NCBI GenBank assembly: GCA_016296655.1
Contig: JAEDIW010000009.1
Span: forward strand, 174-64,173
DNA length: 64,000 bases
Source of the DNA: Treponema sp.
GTDB lineage: Bacteria > Spirochaetota > Spirochaetia > Treponematales > Treponemataceae
Reading direction: 5' to 3'
How positions within the stretch are numbered: position 1 is the stretch's first letter; each line of letters starts with the position of its first letter. Under the pieces are notes generated by a model. It was given only the letters and a program-made list of their open reading frames with translations, was not told where the DNA came from and searched no databases. The position numbers were made by a program, and so were the translations under genes. This document shows, piece after piece, positions 39,644-48,840 of the stretch.

Positions 39644-40432
39644 ATGGGGATTTTTTCTGGAAAACAGGCCGTCGTTATTGGAGGTTCTGGCGGAATAGGG
39701 TGTGCTTTGTGCAGAAAACTTGTGGCAGCAGGGGCTGATGTTACGGTTCATGGTGGCCATGACAGTGTAAAATTTGATTCCTTTTTGGAAGAACTTCAAA
39801 GCCTTGCTTCTGAAATTTTAAAAACTGAAAAACGCAGGGATTATCCTTCTGTCTGCAAAAGCGTAATAGACCTTTCCTCTTTCGGATTTGAGGAAACTTG
39901 TGCTGGCAAGCTTTCCTCCCTTGTAGAAAATGCTGACATTCTTTGTATCTGTTTCGGGCCTTTTGTTCAAAAAAAGTTTGCAGAGACAACATTGCAGGAC
40001 TGGCAGTCTATGGCTCTGCTGAATTATGCGTTGCCAGGATTTTGTGTAAGTTCCGCCCTGCCTTCGATGATAAAAAAACACTGGGGCAGAATTCTGCTTT
40101 TTGGAGGAACCAGAACTTTTTCTATAAATGGATTTTTGACGAATCCTGCCTATGCAGGTGCAAAAACTGGAGTATGTTCGCTTGTCCGCTCTGTTGCTGC
40201 TGAGTATGCTGCCAGTGGAATTACTTGCAATGCAATTCTTCCTGGGTTTGTTGAAACAGAATATCTTTCAGAAGAGGCAAAAATTGCCTTGCGCAGAAAA
40301 ATGCCTGACGGGTGTCTGATTTCAGTTGATTCTATTGCTGACAGTGCCCTTTTTCTTCTGACAGCTTCTGAACGAAATGGCATTCTGCTGAATGTTGATG
40401 GTGGCTGGAATGGAGGGCTGGCAAAGTCCTAA
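39644..40432 (+). CDS. Short-chain dehydrogenase/reductase (FabG-like)
   Basis: VIGGSGGIG, YAGAK, ITCNAILPGFVET, NVDGG. Confidence 0.9.
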   Translation: MGIFSGKQAVVIGGSGGIGCALCRKLVAAGADVTVHGGHDSVKFDSFLEELQSLASEILKTEKRRDYPSVCKSVIDLSSFGFEETCAGKLSSLVENADILCICFGPFVQKKFAETTLQDWQSMALLNYALPGFCVSSALPSMIKKHWGRILLFGGTRTFSINGFLTNPAYAGAKTGVCSLVRSVAAEYAASGITCNAILPGFVETEYLSEEAKIALRRKMPDGCLISVDSIADSALFLLTASERNGILLNVDGGWNGGLAKS

Positions 40433-40464
40433 ATTACGAAGTTGCAAATCTTTTACAACTAGAT

Positions 40465-40493
40465 TTGACATATTAGTGATTTTTAGTTATCAT
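40465..40493 (+). promoter_or_regulatory. sigma70 promoter of the STAS gene
   Basis: TTGACA-17 bp-TATCAT. Confidence 0.7.
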
Positions 40494-40548
40494 TGTAGTG
40501 GTAGATTTTTTTACGCTAATTTTTTTAGAGGTTTTATAGGTAATAAGT

Positions 40549-41097
40549 ATGGCGAATAATGTATTGGTTCCTGGTTTTTCTGATGAAAAAGACGATAGCC
40601 TTAAAATTACTCTGGATAAAGTTGCAGAAGTTCCTAATTGTCTGATTGTCCGGCTGAATGGCTATATCGATACTTATAATTCTAATTATTTTCAGAAGAG
40701 CATTGCTAAAGTTGTAGATGCTGGATACGTTAATTTGATTTTCAATTGCAGTGCATTGAATTATGTTTCTTCAACAGGAATCGGTTCTTTTACTGCTTTT
40801 TTGAAACTTGTAAAACCTAAAGGCGGCGACATTGTTCTGCTTGAAATTCAGCCTAAAGTTTTTGAAGTTTTCCAGTTACTTGGATTCTCTCAGTTTTTCA
40901 ATATCAAAACTTCTTTGGCAGATGCAATTGAAATGTTCCAGTCTGGTCCTTCGGAAAATGTTTCTGTTTTTCCTGTTATTTTTTCTTGTCCAGTCTGTTC
41001 AAAGCGGCTTAAAGCTACCCATGCAGGTCGTTTCCGCTGTTCCGAATGTAAATCAATTCTTGCAGTTGATTCTCAGGGGCAGGTTTCTTTAGGCTGA
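40549..41097 (+). CDS. STAS-domain anti-sigma factor antagonist with C-terminal Zn ribbon
   Basis: LNGYIDTYNS, YVSSTGIG, VFQLLGF; CPVC...CSEC. Confidence 0.9.
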   Translation: MANNVLVPGFSDEKDDSLKITLDKVAEVPNCLIVRLNGYIDTYNSNYFQKSIAKVVDAGYVNLIFNCSALNYVSSTGIGSFTAFLKLVKPKGGDIVLLEIQPKVFEVFQLLGFSQFFNIKTSLADAIEMFQSGPSENVSVFPVIFSCPVCSKRLKATHAGRFRCSECKSILAVDSQGQVSLG

Positions 41098-41175
41098 TTT
41101 TTTCAGTTTATTTGCAGCTGTTTTTTTTGCGGAAATATTTTTTTCTCGCTCAGTAGATAATGATTTTGCTTTTTG

Positions 41176-41212
41176 GCACTGAATTGTTTTGGTCGGTTCA
41201 GTGCTTTTTTTT
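41176..41212 (+). terminator. Intrinsic terminator
   Basis: GCACTGAATTG-x7-CGGTTCAGTGC plus T tract. Confidence 0.8.
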
Positions 41213-41249
41213 ATGTAGTTATACCTGCCCCTGAAAACTGTTTGTGATT

Positions 41250-41508
41250 ATCCTGTGGATAACTTCTGGAAAGTTTTGTGGATATTGTTTTTTATTTGCC
41301 TGAAAATTCTGTGGTTTTAGGTTTTTCTCTTATTTTTTTATGAACATTATTTTTAATTCTTTGTATTATAAGTATTTATTGTTCTGATAGTCTAATTCTT
41401 TATAATATCGCAGGTTAAGTTTTTTTATGCAGAAAATGGAGTTTTTTTGCTCAATCCTGTGGATAACTTGTGTCTATTATTTGGAAAACTTGCTGTATCT
41501 GTGGATTT
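41250..41508. promoter_or_regulatory. DnaA-box cluster flanking an AT-rich tract
   Basis: TGTGGATAA at 41254 and 41458; near-matches at 41277, 41338, 41425, 41500. Confidence 0.7.
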
Positions 41509-41607
41509 TCATGGCGAAATATTTGAGTAACAGTCGCAAAAAAAATCTGCTGAATGCAACATTCTGTTTTCTTGTTTTTGCATAGGTTTCATGCTATCCT
41601 TATATTA

Positions 41608-42630
41608 ATGAAACAGATATTGGGAGTATTTTCAGCTTTTGTTTTTATCATCATTGCTGGAACGGTATGCGGTGCTTTTATTTTTAATTTATATGCACAG
41701 TGTACAGGCTATGTTGCAGGAACAACTGTGCCTCTGGTTTCTATGCCGATGTTTCAGACTGGAATTCTTTATGCGCTTCCTTTTTCAATTCTCTTTTCAC
41801 CGTTATTTCTGACGTTATATTTAATCCGTCATCCTTCAAAAATGCCGGCTGTAATCGTCTTTTACGTTTTAGAAACAATTGCATGTTTCATATTTCTTCC
41901 GTTTTCTGTAAAGGCTCTGGATTTTTCAGATGGAATAATTCGTGAAAAAAAAGCAGTTTCAACTGGTTATTTCAGAAAATCTGGAAATTACCTTTATTTT
42001 TATACTCTTGTAGATGAGCGTTCTGAAGCGGATTCTGGAAAAACTGATGAAAGAAGCTCTACCGTGCATTCCGTAAAGGTTTCTGGAGTCAGGTTCAGGC
42101 TTGATGAATCGTCTGTAGACTCGAAAAAAACTGAAATCTTTGAAAATGTGAGCGAAAGCCTCATAAAAAAAGAAGATTTTCAAGATTTCGATGCCAGCCA
42201 GAAAAAAAATTATGGGGGTGAACTTTTTGCAGACAGTCTTGCAGCTGAAGTGCTTACCCCTCCAATGCTCCTGAAAGGCTTCCAGGAAATTTTAATGATG
42301 CCTGTTTTTATTGCAGAAAAATTTGAATCCCTTGCAGATTATCTGGCTCTTGTTTCAATGGGGCTGGCTTTAATTTTTGTTTATCCTTTGAAGAATTTTT
42401 CCCGTTGGAAACTTGGTAGTACGCTGTGTGCAATTCTTTCTTCACTGTTTGTGCTGTCTGTAAATGCCTTGAATTACAGGTACTCAGATTTGTGGCCGGC
42501 AGCTTCTGCTGTACTTCAAAAGATTCCTCTGCCATTTCCATTAATTTTCTATTTGAATATTTTTTTCTGCCTTGTTTCTGCAGTTGTCGCACTGATTGTT
42601 TTTTTTAGGCGCAGAGGAGAACTCTCATGA
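41608..42630 (+). CDS. Hypothetical polytopic membrane protein
   Basis: About 3 N-terminal and 3 C-terminal TM segments around a soluble loop. Confidence 0.8.
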   Translation: MKQILGVFSAFVFIIIAGTVCGAFIFNLYAQCTGYVAGTTVPLVSMPMFQTGILYALPFSILFSPLFLTLYLIRHPSKMPAVIVFYVLETIACFIFLPFSVKALDFSDGIIREKKAVSTGYFRKSGNYLYFYTLVDERSEADSGKTDERSSTVHSVKVSGVRFRLDESSVDSKKTEIFENVSESLIKKEDFQDFDASQKKNYGGELFADSLAAEVLTPPMLLKGFQEILMMPVFIAEKFESLADYLALVSMGLALIFVYPLKNFSRWKLGSTLCAILSSLFVLSVNALNYRYSDLWPAASAVLQKIPLPFPLIFYLNIFFCLVSAVVALIVFFRRRGELS

Positions 42631-44453
42631 AACGTGGAAAAATTGTTACGTTTGTTTGTATCGTCTTTCTCCTGTTAGTCTGCTTTGTATGGAGCTACTT
42701 TTACGGTCATTTGCCTGAACTTCTGCCGCACAGCGTAAGCTATTTCAAATTTTTGCGGGGCATGAGTGCGTTTCTGAAAATTTTCCCAGCGGTTTTATGT
42801 ACGGCTTTTTTAGTTGACTTTTCGGTTTTTTTTGGGCGGAACGATGAAAACAGCACTCAGCGTTTTTCTGCTCAGATGTTTGTGCATTATAAGAAAATTG
42901 TTGTTACTTCTCTGTTTTATGTTTTTATGATGTCAATGGCAACGCTTGTTTTTTTGCCCAAAGTCAGCAGGGCAATTGCGTATGTTCAGCGGCAGCCTGA
43001 TTTGTTTGCAATGTATTTTGCCATGGCAAAGGAAAATAAGGAACAAGGCAGAGATTTGTTAGCTTACAGATTGATGCGGCTTGCTGCCCAGATAAATCCT
43101 AATTCGGCAGAAGTTCAGACTCTTAAAACTAAGTATGAAATTGAATCTGAGCATATTGTTGATTCGGAGGCACTGGTAGAAATTCCTGTTGAAAAGATTC
43201 CTTTTGACGAAGAAATTTCTTCATCTGCGAACTGCCTTGAGCTTTTACAAAAGGCAAAAAAGGCTTTTTCTGAAGAAAGATGGCTTGACGCTCACTATTA
43301 TGCAAGTATGGCTGTCAGGATTGCAAATCCCAGGGATATAAGCCGTAGCGATGCTGAAAAAACAGCAGCAGAGGCATGGAGAAAGATTTCTGAAATAAAG
43401 TATTCTGGTGATTTTGAACTGGCTTCGGTTTTTAATAGAAAAATGGAAGGCTACAACGCATATATCCGCGCTGATTATCTGGAATCGTATTACATTTTCA
43501 ATGAATTGAAAATTTTGCAGCGGAATCCTGATCCTGATGTGAAGCGCTATCTTGAGCTGTCAAGGAAAAATCTTGAAAAACAGTATTTCTTTTTTGATGA
43601 ATGTGAAGATTTGCACCGTTATGAAACTGTTTCAAATTTGTATTTTGTTATAAAGCATGAAGATAAATCTTGCGAGGTTTACTTTGCAAAAGGTGTTACG
43701 GACTTGAAGAAACAGGGAAACCTTGTGCGTTTTTTAAGAGATTTTTCTGTTACATATTTTGACGGCAGCGGTACTTTTGTAAAGCAGCTTTCAGTCCCGT
43801 ATGCAAAGATGCTTTCAGTTGATTCTTCTTTTTTTAATCGTTCGCAGAGAGAAAAATGGAGTCTGGACAATTCTGAAACTTTGCAGGGCTTTAAATATGT
43901 TCCATATATACTTTTATCTTCTGTAAACCGTGAAAGCAATGTCGGAATTTCAAAACCTGCATATAAGTATGCAACAGGCAGAGAAGCTGATGCAGAAGAA
44001 TGTTCATATTTGGTTGTTCCCATGAATTTTGCAGATTTTGGAAAAATTGCAGAGGCATCCAATGGAGCAGAAAATATGGATTTGTTTTCGCTGATGTCAT
44101 TTGTGAGAATAGCTTCAAAATACGGCTATTCAACAGAAGTTTTCAATATGATTCTTCAGGAAAAAATTCTCTATCCGTTGTCTTTGCTTCTGCTTTTGCT
44201 TTTATTTGCAAACATGGCATGGAATTACAGAATAAGTGGAAACAGCCTGTTCAAATTTAAATGGACACTTTTCATACCGTTTTTTGTTCCGCTGGTAATT
44301 TTATTCATGCAGACGACTTTTTTTGTAATACGTCAGCTTTGCCTTGTAATAACTTATCATGCAGGGGCAGAATTTTCTCTTTTGCTGGCAATTTCCGTTG
44401 AAATTTTATTTCTGGTTATGCTTTCAGTTTTGTTTTTGTCCAGAAAGGAATAA
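42627..44453 (+). CDS. Hypothetical membrane protein with large helical-repeat (TPR-like) extracytoplasmic domain
   Basis: 3+3 TM layout; ATGA overlap with upstream gene. Confidence 0.8.
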   Translation: MKRGKIVTFVCIVFLLLVCFVWSYFYGHLPELLPHSVSYFKFLRGMSAFLKIFPAVLCTAFLVDFSVFFGRNDENSTQRFSAQMFVHYKKIVVTSLFYVFMMSMATLVFLPKVSRAIAYVQRQPDLFAMYFAMAKENKEQGRDLLAYRLMRLAAQINPNSAEVQTLKTKYEIESEHIVDSEALVEIPVEKIPFDEEISSSANCLELLQKAKKAFSEERWLDAHYYASMAVRIANPRDISRSDAEKTAAEAWRKISEIKYSGDFELASVFNRKMEGYNAYIRADYLESYYIFNELKILQRNPDPDVKRYLELSRKNLEKQYFFFDECEDLHRYETVSNLYFVIKHEDKSCEVYFAKGVTDLKKQGNLVRFLRDFSVTYFDGSGTFVKQLSVPYAKMLSVDSSFFNRSQREKWSLDNSETLQGFKYVPYILLSSVNRESNVGISKPAYKYATGREADAEECSYLVVPMNFADFGKIAEASNGAENMDLFSLMSFVRIASKYGYSTEVFNMILQEKILYPLSLLLLLLLFANMAWNYRISGNSLFKFKWTLFIPFFVPLVILFMQTTFFVIRQLCLVITYHAGAEFSLLLAISVEILFLVMLSVLFLSRKE

Positions 44454-44455
44454 AT

Positions 44456-45226
44456 GTGAAAATTTTAAGACGGGTTTTCAGTTTTTGCAGAAGGCATCTG
44501 TGCGTTTTGCTGTGCACGATTTCTGGTTCTTTTGCTGGAATTTTGGGTTTAATCTGCGGTTTTTTTGCCGGAATGATTTTTGAAAAGATTTTAGGTTTTC
44601 TCCTGGAAGAAAAAAGGCTGGCTTCTTTTTTGGAAGCAGGCAGACTCGAAAATTTTGCAGGACAAGGCTTTCCAGGTGCTTTGTATGTTAGTGCCCTGGT
44701 TATGTTCTGCTTGGACGATGTTGAAGATTCTGTTTTTCAGTTGAAATCTTTTTTGGGTAATGGTTGTGACTGGAATTTGTACTGCAGGTGCGCCCGGCGA
44801 TGCAAGCCCTTGAACAATGATTTACTGGTAGAATGTCTGTCTGCAATAATCAGGCGGGAAACTTCTTCAAGTGAAAAAAATGTACGCAGAGATTTGGAAT
44901 GCAGCAAAAAAATTCCTGTGTCTGCTATTTTCAGACTGCTGAATTCCGTTGAATTTTTATGGAATGAAAATTCACGAGGCAGACGACCTTCGGATTATCT
45001 GTCCGAACTGCTGGAATTTCAATGCGAAAGTGATGAAATTGCAGATGCCTACAGGGTTCTTGGGTTAGAGCCTGGCGACAGCCTGAAAAAAGTCAGGGAA
45101 GCACATCGCCGGCTTGCTGCAAAATTTCATCCTGATGTAAATGCTGGTGGCGATGCAGAAAAAAATCTGGCTTCTTTTGTGAGAATTCAGACTGCATACG
45201 AAACTATTGTACGTCAACTTTCCTGA
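44456..45226 (+). CDS. Membrane-anchored J-domain protein (DjlA-like)
   Basis: N-terminal Gly-rich TM; C-terminal AYRVLGL...FHPD...IQTAYETI. Confidence 0.85.
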   Translation: MKILRRVFSFCRRHLCVLLCTISGSFAGILGLICGFFAGMIFEKILGFLLEEKRLASFLEAGRLENFAGQGFPGALYVSALVMFCLDDVEDSVFQLKSFLGNGCDWNLYCRCARRCKPLNNDLLVECLSAIIRRETSSSEKNVRRDLECSKKIPVSAIFRLLNSVEFLWNENSRGRRPSDYLSELLEFQCESDEIADAYRVLGLEPGDSLKKVREAHRRLAAKFHPDVNAGGDAEKNLASFVRIQTAYETIVRQLS

Positions 45227-46487
45227 TGTGTGCTCCAAGTGCCTGCAGGCGTTCTACAAGATTTTCATATCCGCGTTCAATCTGATAAACATTGCTTATT
45301 ACGCTTTCGCCGCGCGCAACCATTGCTGCAATTACCATTGCCATCCCAGCTCTTACATCTGGAGAAACCAGATTGTCTCTGTGCAGCGTGGAAGGGCCTG
45401 AAACTACAGCCCTATGTGGATCGCAGAGTGTAATTCTAGCCCCCATGCTTATGAGCTTGTCTACAAAGAACATGCGCGATTCAAACATTTTTTCAAAAAT
45501 CAAAACAGTGCCTTCAACCTGAGTTGCTATTACTGTCATGATGCTTGTCAAATCCGGCGGAAAGCCAGGCCATGGGGAATCATCGATTTTTGGAATCATG
45601 CCGCCAAGGTCTGTGTTTATTTTTAATTCCTGATTAAGCGGCACGGTAAGGGTTGTGCCTTCAATTGTCCAGCGGATGCCGAGTTTTCCGAAAGCTATGC
45701 GCAGAGGCCGCAAGTCCGGCGGATTTATGTCTGTAATTGTAATTGTTCCTTTTGTTGCGGCAGCAAGTCCTATGAATGAACCTATTTCCATAAAGTCCGG
45801 GCCGATTTTGAAATCTGTACCGTGCAGCTGCTTTACTCCTGTAATAGTCAGAATGTTGCTGCCTGTTCCCGAAATTTTTGCACCCATTTGTGAAAGCATG
45901 CGGCACAAATCCTGGACATGAGGTTCGCTTGCTGCATTTGTAATCTGCGTAGTTCTTTCTGCCAGAACAGCCGCCATTACGGCATTTTCGGTTGCCGTTA
46001 CTGAAGTTTCATCCAGAAAAATGTCTGCGCCTGCAAGCTTATTTGCAGAAAATTCGAATGAGCCTTCAATGTTTACGTTTGCCCCCAGTTCTGTAAGAGC
46101 CAGAAAATGTGTGTCCAGGCGCCTTCTGCCGATAACATCTCCACCTGGCGGCGGCATTATAACTTTGCCTGTGCGTGCAAGCAGAGGTCCTGCAAAAAGA
46201 ATGGAAGCTCGGATTCTTTTTGAAAGTTCGCAGGGAATTGCGTTTGATTCAATTTTTTTTGCATGAATCTTCCAGACATTTGGTTCAGGGTTTTCTACTT
46301 CTGCACCTAAAGCCTTGAGAATTTCAAGCATTACGCCAGTGTCTTCAATTTTTGGAATGTTGCGCAGCGTTACAGGTTCTGAGGTAAGCAATGTTGCTGC
46401 AATGCAAGGAAGGGCTGCATTTTTGTTTCCGCTAGCCCTTATGGTTCCTTTTACAGGAAAACCGCCTTCAATATGATATTCGTACAT
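45204..46487 (-). CDS. murA: UDP-N-acetylglucosamine 1-carboxyvinyltransferase
   Basis: SGNKNAALP, RASIL..GPLLAR, SVTATEN, PWPGFPPD, IERGYE. Confidence 0.97.
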   Translation of the reverse strand: MYEYHIEGGFPVKGTIRASGNKNAALPCIAATLLTSEPVTLRNIPKIEDTGVMLEILKALGAEVENPEPNVWKIHAKKIESNAIPCELSKRIRASILFAGPLLARTGKVIMPPPGGDVIGRRRLDTHFLALTELGANVNIEGSFEFSANKLAGADIFLDETSVTATENAVMAAVLAERTTQITNAASEPHVQDLCRMLSQMGAKISGTGSNILTITGVKQLHGTDFKIGPDFMEIGSFIGLAAATKGTITITDINPPDLRPLRIAFGKLGIRWTIEGTTLTVPLNQELKINTDLGGMIPKIDDSPWPGFPPDLTSIMTVIATQVEGTVLIFEKMFESRMFFVDKLISMGARITLCDPHRAVVSGPSTLHRDNLVSPDVRAGMAMVIAAMVARGESVISNVYQIERGYENLVERLQALGAHIRKVDVQ

Positions 46488-46517
46488 AGTTTTCTCCAGT
46501 AAAAAATCAATTGGAAA

Positions 46518-47777
46518 TTACAGTGCTGTTATAACTGCAAGATTTATAAGGACTTCGACAGTTGCTGTCATTTGCTGCAGAGAAGCCCATTCATTCCGTG
46601 AATGATAATTGTGTCCGCCTGTAAAAATATTAGGCGTTGGAATTCCTATTTCTGTCAGACGAGAGCCGTCTGTTCCTCCCCGGATTGGAATGTTTACAGG
46701 TTCAATGCCTGCTTCCCGGTAGGCCTTATACAGATTTTCGACAACTTCTGGATGTTCATTCATTTTTTCTTTCATATTTAAGTACTGCTGTGTATGAACT
46801 GTTTTTACCTGTGCCCCAAAAGCTTCAGCTGAAAGTTTTGCCAGGCTGTCTACAAAATTTATCCGTTTTTTTATGCCGTCTTTTGAAAAATCTCTGAGCA
46901 GCAGGGCAATGTGAGCCTGCTCTATAGAAGCAGAAATTTCAAGCGGTGCATAAAAACCTTGCATTCTGTCGGTAGTTTCAGGGGCTTCGTGACGTGGAAG
47001 GTTTGAAACGAACCATGATGATGCTGTTACTGCATTTACAAGATGGCCTTCGCGGGCAGTTCCTGTGTGTACGCTGTGGCCTGTAAAGTAAACATCTGAT
47101 TTCCAGGCGTTGAAACATTCGTCTTCCAGTTCACCAATGTGTCCGCCGTCGACAGTGTATGCCCTTTTTGAAGAAAGCAGATTAAGCGGAATGTTGTCCA
47201 TGCCGTGGCCAGTTTCTTCATCCGGCGAAAAAATAATTTCAATTTTGCCGTGTGTGATTTTCGGATTTTCCGTCAAAAATTTGATGGCTGCAATTATTTC
47301 TGCAATGCCGGCTTTATCGTCGGCTCCCAGAAGGGTTGTTCCGTCTGTTGTAATGATTGTGTCGTTTTCCTTTGCAGCCTGTGCCAAAGCTTTGTCTTCT
47401 GCTGGGTCAAGTGAAATATTACAGTTCAAGTTGATGATTGAGCCGTCGTAATGTTCAATTACGTTAGGTTTTACGTTTTCGCCTGACACTTCGCATGCAG
47501 TATCCATGTGTGCCAGAAGGCACATCGCAGGAACCTTTTCAAACCCTTTTGAAGCCGGCAGGCAGGCATAGACATAGCAATGCTGTGTAACCTGAACATT
47601 TTGCAGACCAAACTCCTTTAATTCAGAAGCCAGAATCTCTGCAAGATCAAATTCCCGTTTGGCAGACGGCTGAATTCCTTTGTCAGCTGCCTGACAATCG
47701 CCTGTTGTATGAATCTTTACATATTTTAAAAAGCGTTCCAAAAGTTCAGCTTTATGATTTTCTGACAGATATTTCAT
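46518..47777 (-). CDS. pepT: Peptidase T (tripeptide aminopeptidase, M20B)
   Basis: AHMDT, TDGTTLLGADDKAG, PDEE, PIRGGTDG. Confidence 0.96.
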   Translation of the reverse strand: MKYLSENHKAELLERFLKYVKIHTTGDCQAADKGIQPSAKREFDLAEILASELKEFGLQNVQVTQHCYVYACLPASKGFEKVPAMCLLAHMDTACEVSGENVKPNVIEHYDGSIINLNCNISLDPAEDKALAQAAKENDTIITTDGTTLLGADDKAGIAEIIAAIKFLTENPKITHGKIEIIFSPDEETGHGMDNIPLNLLSSKRAYTVDGGHIGELEDECFNAWKSDVYFTGHSVHTGTAREGHLVNAVTASSWFVSNLPRHEAPETTDRMQGFYAPLEISASIEQAHIALLLRDFSKDGIKKRINFVDSLAKLSAEAFGAQVKTVHTQQYLNMKEKMNEHPEVVENLYKAYREAGIEPVNIPIRGGTDGSRLTEIGIPTPNIFTGGHNYHSRNEWASLQQMTATVEVLINLAVITAL

Positions 47778-47792
47778 TTGTTTTGCCTGCTC

Positions 47793-48722
47793 TTATTTAT
47801 CCAGCAGCCTTGTAAGAACTGTGTCTTTTTGTCGCCAGTTTTTATCAACCTTTACCTGTAAATCCAAATCTATACGGTAATCAAAAATCCTGCGCAAAGC
47901 CTTTATGGATTCTATCCTGATTGTTTTTATCATTGAAGCACCTTTGCCAATGACAATACCTTTCTGGCTTTCCCGTTCGACGCACAGAAATGCGCGTACC
48001 CATAATTCTCGACCGTCTTTGCGCATTTCCATGTCGGCAATGCTTACGTAAACTGCGTGAGGGATTTCCTGTTCAAGACGATTTATTGCCTGACCTCGTA
48101 TAACTTCGGCAATCCTGAAACCAACTTCCTGATCCGTGTAAAATTCTTCAGGGTAAAGTTTGGGAGCAACAGGCGCAAGGTTGTACAGGGCTTTTAAAAC
48201 TTCGTTTATTCCTGTGTCATTTTTTGCTGAAATTTCAAAAATTCGTTCAGCAGGAATTTGTGGCAGTACTTTTTCTAGAAAACTGCGGATTGTCTGCGGT
48301 CTTGAAACTTTTTCATCGGTTTTGTTGATTGCAACGACCGTTTTTTCAGAATGGGCTTTTACCAGATTTGCCGTAAGTTCTTCTTCACTGCCAGTTTCTC
48401 TGGTTGAGTCAATTATATAAAGAATACACTCTGCTTCTGCAAGCTGCTCTTCGGTAATTGTCTTTAGTTTTAAATTGAGCTTTTTTTCAGATTCATGATA
48501 GCCTGGAGTGTCGATGAAGACAAGCTGTCCAAGTGATGTATTTACGATTCCCCGGATTGCGTTTCTTGTAGTCTGTGGAATTGGAGAAACGATTGAAACT
48601 GGCTCGCCGCTGGCTGTATTCAAAAAAGTTGATTTTCCTGCAGACGGGCGGCCGATAATTGCAACAACTGCGGTTTTTGTTTCTGAAGATTCTGGTTTTT
48701 CTGATGAAATGTTTGTTTCCAT
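47793..48722 (-). CDS. era: GTPase Era
   Basis: GRPSAGKST, PQTTR, DTPG, NKTD, SQKGIVIGKG KH domain. Confidence 0.96.
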   Translation of the reverse strand: METNISSEKPESSETKTAVVAIIGRPSAGKSTFLNTASGEPVSIVSPIPQTTRNAIRGIVNTSLGQLVFIDTPGYHESEKKLNLKLKTITEEQLAEAECILYIIDSTRETGSEEELTANLVKAHSEKTVVAINKTDEKVSRPQTIRSFLEKVLPQIPAERIFEISAKNDTGINEVLKALYNLAPVAPKLYPEEFYTDQEVGFRIAEVIRGQAINRLEQEIPHAVYVSIADMEMRKDGRELWVRAFLCVERESQKGIVIGKGASMIKTIRIESIKALRRIFDYRIDLDLQVKVDKNWRQKDTVLTRLLDK

Positions 48723-48784
48723 GAGTAGAGTATACAATAAAAGAAAGATACTGTCAGTGTTTTTACCATGTAATTTTTGCAGCA

Positions 48785-48814
48785 AAAAAAAGCCACCCTT
48801 TCAGGCGGCCTTTT
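48785..48814 (-). terminator. Terminator of the OMP gene
   Basis: AGCCACC/GGCGGCC hairpin flanked by A and T tracts. Confidence 0.65.
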
Positions 48815-48840
48815 AAGTTTCAGTTTATAAGCAGATGTTT

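Noticed and set aside
41176..41204. CACTGAA...TTCAGTG cores in terminators (also 59557 and 26917) as MITE relics
   Set aside because: Match is only 7-8 bp; cannot be separated from chance
41250..41508. Calling this locus the chromosomal origin
   Set aside because: No dnaA, dnaN or gyrB adjacent and no visible strand-bias switch; kept only as a DnaA-box cluster
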